Assembly: GCA_001949185.1 (NCBI GenBank)
Contig: BDGG01000001.1
Coordinates: 7,128,685 to 7,192,684, forward strand
Length of the DNA stretch: 64,000 nucleotides
Reading direction: 5' to 3'
Origin: Ramazzottius varieornatus
Lineage: Eukaryota > Animalia > Tardigrada
The translations under genes were made by a program, and so were the position numbers. The stretch's first letter is position 1. Each line of letters starts with the position of its first letter. Below are positions 1-10,593 of this stretch, piece by piece. Below the pieces are notes generated by a model. The model was not told the origin of the DNA. It did not search any database and saw nothing but the letters and a program-made list of their open reading frames with translations.

Positions 1-3000
1 GCAGCACCACCTTCACAATTTGCAACGCTTCACTCTGCACAGCCGGGTTTTCTCTTGTCAAAACTATCCTATGCATGATGTTTAGTATCTCTCTCGGACA
101 GGCCGAGTCGCCACACATGGCCAGCTTGGACCAGTCCAGTTCCAGGACTTTCTGCGCCACCCTCAAACAGTTGATGACGGACTGGTCGTCGCTAACTGCG
201 TCGTTTCTCAACTGACATAGCGCTTCCATGGCCGTCCCGAAGAAGAGGTTGAAGCGAGCTTTATTGATGTCTTCGGCGGTTGGAGGAGTAACACCGGGAC
301 GTGGAGACCCAAGACCAAGTGTCCCGCCATCTTGAATCATCAGACGGCTGTCCGACTTCTCGTTGAGGACGTTCTCGTACCCGCCACCCGAACTCCACCA
401 GGTTACAGTGGCATAGAGGATGGGCAACCACGCGCTTTGGTAGACTTTGCGGGCCGCATCGATGGACTCGACCGAGTAGAAAGCGCCACCTGGAAAAAAC
501 AAGGAGAGTTTAATAATGAAATTAAATTCCAAAAATAAACACAAAAAGCGCGACCAACTGAGGTCGAACCCACGTCTGCTGTATTATAACATGCTGCCTG
601 AGTCAGCCACTCTTCAAAGACAGCGGTGTCGTCCGCACTTTTCACCCTTTTTCTACTGGTCGATCTCATCCAAGCTAACGGGGAAAAATTTGCGTACCTT
701 CGGATGGAAGTTGGTTTGAATATTCAGCCGGAAGACTCAGCAGCGCCTGATCCCTGATAGCTGCCAGCCACGATTTGCTTAGTGGAGCCACGTGCGGCTG
801 AACCAGCGTCAGAAGCTCGCCATGCTGTTTCTGTCGCCTCATGGCGTCCACGTAGATTTCCGCCCAGGCTTTCAGAATGGAAAGCTTCTCCAGCGTGACG
901 GAGGCTTCGCTGTAGGGTATCTTGGCATCCTTCAGCGAGATCTTCAACTTGTCCAGTGATTGGACGAGGAGCTGATAGACGCGTCGGAGGTCCTTCATGT
1001 CCCGGGCTACCCCGCTCGCGATCCAGCGACTGCAAACATCACACGCTTTGGCTGTGATGTTGGGTGGTGTATCAGCAGCGAAGGTCGGCCGAAGCGCGGC
1101 ACCGACGTTGGCTTGAAACTGCTCAAGTATCCCATGGCCTGAAAAAGAAAAGCTTGGCAAACCAGCTCGACACCACATTTCTTAAAGTGGCGCATGTTAT
1201 CCGGGTAATTGTCTGAAACCCTGCGCCACTTGGAGGAACTCGACAGCATTACTTTTCCAAGTGCCGCATGCTTCCAGTGTTATAGATCGAGATTGCGCGC
1301 CACTCGGGGAAAGCTAGTTTTCTTTATCGCAGTTTGGTTTTGAGATTTGAGACTTTCTCATACCGGGGAACTCAGGTTCTTCGATGGCTCCAAAGCTGAC
1401 GATGATATCGAGCAGGAGGTCCAGGCCGGCCATTCTTAGTCCGTCGCTGTCGGAAGTGGCAGCCATGAAGGCCATTCGGACCAAGTCAGGCAGATGGAGG
1501 ATCAAAGCGTCGAGCCGTTCCTTCCTGGCTCTCATCACATCGAAGTGATAGCTGTTAGCCTCTCTACAGATCTTAATCAACTTCCGTAGGCAGTTGATGG
1601 TGTAAACGAGAGTCGTCCAGCGGGACGTGTGCCGCTTGGTCTCGCCTTGGGCAGCTGAATTCGCTCGAAACTGGAAAATAAAGTTTTTCTAAAGTTATTA
1701 CACGATGAGAAACGAAGTTCAAAGCACCTCTTCGGCATCGTCTTCGTTGTCTTCATCGCCTTCTTTGGTTACTTGTTCAGGTTCGGCTTTGGCGCCACCG
1801 CTTTCTGTGGAAGTCAGGATCTCACGGCTGAGGGTAAACCAGGAAGACAAGTGGTAGTCGATGGCGAACTGGAGAAGACTTTGGAGGATGAGTTCGATGC
1901 CGGCGCGAATCTTCACGTCGACCTCTTGGTCCAACATGTGGAAGAGTACTTCAGCGAGCCACATTTCATCTTCACTTGCCGCTTCCTAAGATGAAACATA
2001 ATTGTTTTTATCCACCATTCAATTTCAATTTTTCTCGAATTTATTAGAAATCTATTCGAATAGTTTAAGATTTTTACCTGACTTTCTCTGGCGATGCTGC
2101 ACACTTGCGCAGTTTCCCTCTGGCACAGCTGCCTGAGACAGTCGATGGATGACTGCCTTAGGAGGAGATGTGGTGAGGAGAGATGGGTCACGAGTTGGGG
2201 GACGAGCTGGGTGAAGTTGACATGTTTGGGAGCAAACATGTGCACTTGCTGAAAGGACTGGACGGCTTCGCTCTGGACAATCCAGTCGCTGGAGGCGTGC
2301 ATGATAGCACAAGCGGCTAGGCAAGTGTTCCGGACAGCAGCGATAGCTTCATTGCTCCCATTCAGCTCAGGACCAACAGCTACAAGAATGAACAGTCTTG
2401 AGGAAGCAATATAAATCAAGTAAGTTCGGGAAAAGAATGGTCGGGAAGGGCAGAAGTAAGAACACATCAATCTTTCGCGAACCTACATACAGCGCACCGT
2501 GTACAAAATGCTGCGCGCTGGTATGCAGGTACGAGCGGGAGCGGTTATTGTCGATGGAAATCCAGGCTAAATTCAACTATGATTTTACAGACGATCGTAC
2601 CGGTGATCAGGGCTGAAAGGCACTTTCCGACACAGTGGAAGACTTCTGAATGCTGCCTTGAAACTGACAGGAGAAGCTTCATACAAAGCGACAGGGTCTG
2701 CTCGACATGACTGCGGAACATTGGTCCACCAGAGTCCGCAATCAGGTACAGTGCGTGAAGTGCCCACACTTGCACCACTGGAGCGTTCAGGTCTTCCGAA
2801 AGAGCTTTCAAGATGTTCACGTTGTTCTTCAGGTTCTGGTTGGAAGCCATCCCTCCAACGTACCTGGAAGAAACACGCCCGTCAGCCCATATGAGACAAA
2901 ACATAGAATGATATGCAGTTAATTGGTCCTACTATTAATAGATCCTAGTGATACATAGTATGTAGGCGTTTCTCTTACAAGGCAACTTATACAGTAGGAC

Positions 3001-6000
3001 CAATGGTACTCGGTAGTTATGCTTACCGGTGCAAGCAGCCGAGTATCATGCAATGACCGGTCCTCGTCACGACATCTCTGGATGTCTGAAGTACCTCGAA
3101 CGTCTTTTGTGCCGTCTCCGCTACGAACCTGGGGTCGGAGACAACTTGAGCGAGGCGACCCAAGGTTTCGCCGGCGGCACAGCGGAGCATGGGGTTGGTG
3201 TTAGCGATGCCCACTTGGATCAAGCTGACAAAGCCTGTCACCACAGCCTCACTTAGCACCACGTTCTTGGCATCTGTCAGATTCTTCAGGGCTGACAGAA
3301 CGGCGGTAAACACGTTTAACAGCATGGCTTGCTGCCGCTGAGACTTGGCTTGTCGGATACAAGCCAGCAGATGTTCGAGGACTTGCTGTTGATGCTTGTT
3401 CGGCACGTGGACGAACATCTTGCCGAAAAGCAAGACGGAAAAATCGATGACCACCACACCTGAAAAACAAGAACAGTGTACAGAGAACGGCACGGTCCAC
3501 ATCTAACAGTTTCATTGAAGTGGACAAATTGGGACGTCGCTATTATGCCAAGTGGCGCACGTTTTCAGTGTTATCGGCCAGAAGCGTGCGCCACTTCGAC
3601 ATTCCATTTCCTTTTTTTGACAACGGAATAACGCAGAAAAAAGGCAGCAATCGCCATTTTTAGTAATTTCAGTATGTTCTTCCGCTCGGTTTCTGGCCAT
3701 TGATTTTCATGGGCTCCGAAATCCCCTAACACACATCCTCTGCCTTTTTTTTAACACTTCACTAGAACAGATTTTAACGAATTGTATTTTTATACCGATC
3801 GGAAGTGGAGTAGGGACATCATCCGATTTCTTGTACAGACTGGTGGCATCATGTTCCAGGCTGCCGGAACCGGAAGCGCTATTGGGTTGCAGCTGTTCCT
3901 CAATCAATTTCTGATCGGTGTCCTGTTGCAATGAGAAAAGAGGGAAAGTCGTTAGGCACAGATCACAAAGTTCTAGCTCGTCGCTGCCGTTATCGTTAGT
4001 CGTCAGAGGGGGCATACTTATACTTTGGGGAGAGCTACAGTAGTCCGTGTCAATTAACGAGCTCTCCGAGACATATCCCGACACATCTATCACCCCATTA
4101 AAGGACTTAACGACCAGCAGGCATTCTCACAGCAAACAATCTCTTCTCTCAAACAACGATCAATACCACACAGGCTCTTATTACAAAAAACCAACTCTTT
4201 ACAGAAGCTGTATAAAGAGCCTCAAAGCTAGTCATTACAAATCTGATACTATGAATGGAAAAAGGGGCTAACGGACAAACAGCCGCAAATTATCGCAATT
4301 TAGCACTTTCCTCACAATCGATATCCTTCAATCAGAGCCGAAAAGTGTTTCCGTCAAGTTGATAAAAAATTTCATAGAAAACAAATATCGTGTCTTTTTC
4401 AACCTTTCAGTGATGAATTTCTCGATTTTGAATTAATTTCCAAATAAAATTTTGGTTTTTTTTCCACCATTTTCAGCGAGGTTTTCTGGCTACTAACCTG
4501 CAGCCACTGTCCAAGCAGCAGTGTATCTTCGTTCCGGCACAGTCCTCTCAACAAGGAGGTCGTCGTGTTTGACTGGTTATCCACCAGAGTCAAGTCAGCG
4601 ACAACTTCCTTGATGACGGCGGAGTAATTCGTTAGACAGCTCTTGGCTGATAGCTTCATCAGGGCTTCGTATAGCCTGACCCGGACGGAAGCTAGAGCGA
4701 CCTTTAGGTGCTGTCCGTAGGATTTCACCCAGCCGGAAATGTTGTGAAGGAGTGCGATGGCGGACTGCACAGGCACCATTATCCTCCTTAGGACATCCTC
4801 CGTCACCTGTCAAACACACATGCCAAATCTCCAACGTTTACCTCTGAGACTATACCCTGAAGCCGATGACGAAAAGCAGAACTGATTTGGCGGTTCGCCA
4901 AACAACCCAACAACCCGACAAGTGCCTCTCGTTTTAGAGTATTCGGCTGAAATCGTGCGCTGCTTGGAGAAACAATCTTGTCGTTTTTGTTTGGTGAACT
5001 TCCAATTACGTTTTTGATCGTTTTCGTCCTGTTCTTATTACAATTTTATTATTGATTATTTACCAGCTCGGGACAACTGTTGAGGAGCCCGTTCAGAGCC
5101 GATAAAGCGCCGGCGCGATTAAGCAGTGACACTTGCCACGTGAAAGCGTCTCCGCGCAGCTTCTCCGATTCAATCTCCTTGTCTGAACGCGGAAATGAAT
5201 TGCGCCACAGTAAAAGGTACTTGGGGAGGTACTTCCGCATGCAGGCGCTCCCTAGGGTCGTAATGGCCCCTGCAATAAACAAAAGCAAAGCACTGTCATT
5301 CTGCATGCAATAACTCGCAATGACGTCAAGTGCTCATATCCCATATTAAAAGTCATTTTACGCTCCCATGTCATCTTTCGCCTATTTGACTCTATTCAAC
5401 ACTTTCCCACTGATACTCATCTTCATCCCATACTATATCGTTTCGTTAATACATAAAGACAGATTACGTAAACGATGGTACCAATGTTTTACAATTCGAA
5501 AAGCCGACAGGCAGCAAAATGCGGCATCTTTCATGCGCCTGCATACAGAATACCCTCGATGGCTAACGATGTAAATGTGAGCAGGTACATGACACACCCA
5601 GGCCTGGTGCGTTCATCTTGCATGCACCTGCCTACCCGAGCATCACGGTAAAGTACCAACATCGTGTATGCAAGTACGTGCAAAACTGGCCCATCTTTTA
5701 GAAAAAGTCTGACGGAGTGTTTCAGCATACCGAGAATCATCCAGGCGGCTTCGGTACGCTGTTGTGAAAGACGTGAGTTCAAGGCTGCCGATCTGAGGAG
5801 TTCATCGGCGATATTGAAAGCGCGTTCGACGAGTCGATGCGGTATTCCCAGCGGGGAATCCGAAATGCCACCTATGACAGCGGCCATGCCATAACTGTAA
5901 CCCACGATGCCTTCCGGAAAGGTCTTGGTGTCCTCAATCTTGGCCAGTAGCCTGTTGAGCACGGGAACCATCTGCGTCGATAGGACGGTTATCAGCTTCC

Positions 6001-9000
6001 GGAGCGTCCAGGCGGCTGACAGTTGGACGTTGGCACTGGGATAGACTACGATGGCGAGTGTCACGTCGAGGACGCTGTGACCGCCTTGCTCGGCTAAAAA
6101 CACAAATTTAAGGTCAATATAAAATCATTCGATAGAATCAATATAAAATCATTCGATAGCTCGGCAAACAAACTCGATACGGCTAAGTTAGTTTCCCAAG
6201 TGGCGTACATTCTCAGTCTGGTTGACTAAGGGCGTGCACCACTCGAGAAAAAAACTATCGTCGAGTATGTCTGCCGAGCTTCCCATTTAGAAAATGAAAC
6301 TATTATTAAGATCATCACAGAGTCTCTTGCCAAGTTTTTTCTGACCTGTCAGGTTGACCGACATGCTGTCCAAGTTGACGATGACGGTTTGAAGTTGCTC
6401 TAATGCACAGATCTGCGGAGAAGAAAAGAGGTAGAAAAATCGATTAGAGGGACCACAAATGTAATTGGACGACATTTTGTTGAACGAGAATATACAGCAG
6501 AAGCGGGCCAATAAAATCCAGACAATCCCCTTCGTTAAGGGTGTCAACAGGACCCATGATACGGCTCTTCGCGAGAACTCACATCAAACACAGACTACAT
6601 TCAACAAAACCAATACATCCCACTGCGCATTTCACCACCGACAAGTTTGTTTTCAGAAAATATTTTAGAACTGTGCAATATGAGAGGTCAGCAGAAAAAC
6701 TCGAGAAGACTATTCGGAAGTGGCGCATGCGTACGATCCGTAAATCTGAGAACTTGCGCCACTTGGAGAACAATCTTGTCGAGTTTTTCCGAGTGGCGCA
6801 CGTTCTCGTTGATATCAGCTGAAAGCTTGCGCCAAGTGGAGCAACGATCTAGTCGAGTTTGTTTGCCGAACTCTCGTATCCCATTCATTTTCCAATATTC
6901 TTTGCCAAGTTTCCGATGGTCAGACGCTACACAACTTGTCTTTGTCGTCGTGTATTTACGCAATTTTCATTTATTTATTTTGGCCTTTCGCTTGCGGTTT
7001 GGAATTTTAGTACGTACCAAAACATGCTGTTTCGTATCTCCGCTGCGGTTTTCCGAAGAGTTCCCCGTCTCGACCACGGCCTCGGGTGCCGTCGCACATC
7101 TGTACAGTATGTTCACCAGTTCTCTTGCTGCCACGAGCTGTGCCTTCTCCGTTAAGAGTCCACACACGCCAACACGGAAGATGCAACCGACGCATTTACG
7201 AGCGTAAATAGCGTCGACGTGTGTTAGACTGGAGCGAGGGTTGCCCACCACCTCCATCAGATGGTTCAAGATGGCCGGCAGATGCTTCTCAACCCACGGT
7301 GCAGTCATGCGCTTGAAGAAAGCAATGTATGCATGAGCGGCTCCGATACGCACTTCCTTAGACACAACTGTCGTCCCCCGAATCATTTCTCCCGCACCGG
7401 TTTTCAGGAACCCACCGAGGCCGCCTTTCAGGAACATGGAAGCTAGGAGGTTCAAGGCGTCCTCTGCTGACAAAATTAGGGCGACCTTCGAGCAAAAAGC
7501 CCATCATTAGACAAACCGGGAAACCCAATATAGAAAAGTTTCTTCCACCTGCATACAACTCGACCGCATGTCTACTACGTGGGTCGGTATGCAGGTTCGC
7601 CAAGGATAAGACATGAAAGACCAGCTGCTCTTGAGCACCTAAGGCACATCGCAACCATAATTCTCAAGTTTGTAGGTATGCAATGAACGAGTCTGCAGGA
7701 TGATGCGCACACCTACGTACAACGAACCATGAGTTTGCTAGGGCACTAAACTATGTAGGTTCTCGCTGAATGCGAACTGGATACGCGCAACCATACAATT
7801 ATCACGGAGCACGGGTGTGCATGTTTCTGTTCATTATCCTCTTGTTCTTAAATCAGGCTCTCCGAATCCCGACAAAGCGTAAGCAGCGAGATTCTTACGG
7901 AAGTAAATACCTTTAATTGTGTCTTGGCTGACGTAGGACCCTTGCTACTGAGCGGAGTGAGAGCGGAGTGGAGCAGTGAAGCGACAAGGGATGCCACTGC
8001 ACAACGAACGTCATAGGTGGAATATTCCATGGCACGACAGCAGAGGGAGATGGCCGTTTCCAGGTCGCTGGTGGTGGAGAAGAGGGTGCTTTCATCGGCT
8101 AGAGCTTGCATGCAGTGAGCTGCGGCATCGCGGACTGCCATTACACGGTCGGTCATGCATGTCCGCACGTGCTTGTAAATATCCCTGCAAGAATACAAAG
8201 CATACAGTGTCAGAAGTTTATCCCTCTATAAAACTGAGTCATAAAATTCCCTGAAGATCCCTGATCACAAGACTATCGTCTTTAGTGCTTTCTCAAACTT
8301 CTGGAGTACCAGAAAAAATTCGTCTTTTGTCGAAGGATTGAACAAATGGCAAACGAATTTACCAGACCGTTTATTCCCAGGTGGCGCACGCTCTGAGCTT
8401 AGATCAATGCGACTGTGCGCCACTAAGGATAACGATCTGAGCGAGATATGTGCCGTCGTTTTCGAGACTTTCTTAGTATCTCCGGACCTCCAGAAAGATT
8501 TCTGGTAATCGCTCAAAAGTGTTTCCTTGCTTCTAAATTTTTCTATTGATCGGCGACTCACTTAGTTTTTCTGAAGTACTATAATGCTTCATGAACTTCG
8601 CGCAGCACGTGATCATACGCGTGCAGTTGAACCCCGGTCCAAAAATTTTGCCCTACCAACCCCCTAAGGGATGTTTCGCGCGTATGATGACGTAATTCGC
8701 GAACTTCATGAAGCAAGTACTTAAACGATGCAAACTGCTGTGCGTGTCGAAAAGAAGCGATCGCGCTAAAGTTGGGAAGCGGAAACGCTAACAAGGAAAA
8801 ACGTCGCAGTGTATTCTGCGTGCGTGAACTTCCGCCTTCCTAAAATATTCATAATCCTCCCTTTCTCGGTTCCTGAATATCTCATTTGGATACCGACAAC
8901 ACAAAAAGCTTCCAGCTATAATCCTAAGAGGAAATCCTGCAAGACTTGCATGCACTTGGAATGCGATGTATTGATTACGGATGACCGAGGTTCGGTTCTT

Positions 9001-10593
9001 TTCTTCACAGCCTCACGTCCGTGAACGCGACGGGAACAGAATACGTTTTATTTTGCCAAAGGGTAATTCAACGCATTATGTCATTGTAACGAGATCAGTC
9101 TGCGTCGGACGTCGCTCGACTGGGTGAATTTAGAGGAACTTCCGGCGCCGCTCTCATCAACGACCGGGGTGGCTCTTGTAATCAACGATCGATGCCTACC
9201 GCTAGCCCTCACAAACGAGTAAAGTATCCGGCAAAATACCGGAAGAAGCACAATGCAACGGGCAAAGTGCTTCTATTTGCGCTGGATTCGTGCCCTTGAC
9301 GGCGCTTTAATTTCCCTTCCTGCAGCCTCGTTAGACTGGCCTAGTGCGTTAAAAAAATCCAATTTCCCCATCTGCTGCCCTTTTCGAACTCCCCCATATA
9401 AAAACTACACCCGTAATCAAAAAGCCTAAAACCCGTTATCTAAAAATCTGCGAAAACGTTCTACCCTAACACGATGTTCGAAACTTGACCGGATCGTCTT
9501 CGAAGTGGCGCATAGTCCCAACCAATATCGCTGAAACTTGCGCCACTTGGGAAAACGATCTGGACGATTTCGTTTGCCAAGCTCCAAACCACTGTATGCT
9601 AACTATTCAAAGACGCTGGAAAACCCTGCTCACTGAGGTAGGAGTGGTCGAGGTTCATGAAGGTTGCCACACAAATTCACGTAAAGAGATAAATCGAAAA
9701 CGCACACAAACTAGTTTACTGGATGTTTCACATACTTGTGTAAATGAGCAGCAGCCGAGCCCATGCCCCGCACGACCTTCTCCAAAGTCCGCATAATCTC
9801 TATCCTCAGCTGCGACTCCGCGCTCTTCAGCGTCTTGGAACATGCCGAAAAGGTCTCGTCATAGGACCTTCCCACCATTCTTCCCAGTTTCTCGTACAGT
9901 TCTCCGAGGACCTCCAAGGCTGCCAACCGGTTGTTAAGCGTAGCCGGATCGTCCTTCTGCTTGATGAGATCGTTGCAGGTGTTAATGATCTCGAACAAGC
10001 CCACCTACCACGAAAGCGATTTGTATTCGTACGATAGACGAAAGCTCGGCAAACAATCCCGTCCAGATCGTTTTCCAAGTGGCGCACTTCTTACGCTAAT
10101 ATAAACGAGCACGTGCGCTACTCGAACAAAATTCGACGGGACTGATTTTCCAGTTGGCGCACGCTACCAGTCAGTAACACTGAAAACGTACGCCACTTGG
10201 GAAAACATTCTTGCCAAGTTTTTTCAAGCGATGCACGTTTTTGGTGTTACTGACTAGAAACGTGCGCCACTTGGGCAGACGATCTGGTCAAGTTTGTCTG
10301 CCGATTTCCTAGACAGCTTTTCCGTGGTTGAGACTAACCGAGTCGCCCACGGCGAAGAGTGAAGCAAAGCATCTGGCCAGGTAGTGTCTGATGGGAGGAC
10401 CAGGTGTCGACAGCATCTGTCTGATTAGCTGTTCCTGTAGTTTCTTCTGAGAAGACTTGATGTCGGAGCGGTTGACGACGTGCAGTATCTTGTTGAGATG
10501 CCGCAGCCATTCCAGGACGAAGATGGCTTTCTCAGATTCCGGACGGAGCTGGTGCGCCGTTTCGTTGAGCAACAAACTATTGGATTGTTCCAT
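1..10593 (-). CDS. HEATR5B: HEAT repeat-containing protein 5 (HEATR5A/B, Laa1/AP-1 accessory) homolog; multi-exon, 3' end beyond window
   Basis: ATG at 10593 (MEQSNSLLLNE...IFVLEWLRHL...PGPPIRHYLARCF). Successive minus-strand exons (~10340-10593, 9735-10004, 7911-8185, 7017-7466, 6335-6414, 5730-6093, 5065-5270, 4499-4806, 3800-3924, 3027-3459, 2600-2863, 2078-2378, 1714-1985, 1363-1670, 696-1138, 1-489) carry family motifs LYEKLGRMVGRSY, RGDAFTWQVSL, CAAGETLGRLAQVV, VQVWALHALYLIADSGGPMFR, QQVHMFAPKHV, ILEQFQANVGAALRPTF, flanked by GT-AG sites. Confidence 0.95.
7547..7824. repeat. Family B intronic array of ACCTRCATAC-N30-GTATGYAGGT units (type example, 4 units)
   Basis: Units 7547-7596, ~7637-7685 (degenerate), 7711-7760, 7775-7824; others at 2481-2530, 5537-5586, 5626-5675, 17942-17987, 18040-18089. 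Confidence 0.8.
8585..8715. repeat. ~130-bp intronic inverted repeat (MITE-like)
   Basis: tgcttcatgaacttcgcg..acgtgatcatacgcg ... cgcgtatgatgacgt..cgcgaacttcatgaagca. Confidence 0.65.
10043..10304. repeat. Family A intronic palindromic element, 3-unit array (type example)
   Basis: Outer arms agctcggcaaac... / ...gtttgtctgccga enclosing three GTGGCGCAC-N25-GTGCGCCAC-like units at 10079, 10154, 10228; other copies at ~1152-1345, 3549-3597, 4894-5000, 6158-6280, 6690-6872, 8348-8455, 9480-9583, 15109-15235, 15645-15735, 17312-17430, 18361-18555, 19110-19295, 22255-22340, 47480-47545, 51362-51502. Confidence 0.9.

Noticed and set aside
6114-6160. 24-bp tandem duplication, and (CAAA)n at ~13865-13885
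   Set aside because: Ordinary slippage repeats
7547-7824. CRISPR or TIGR array interpretation of the repeat-spacer arrays
   Set aside because: Eukaryotic intronic context, inverted rather than direct repeats, irregular inter-unit gaps, and no cas/tas-like gene in the window
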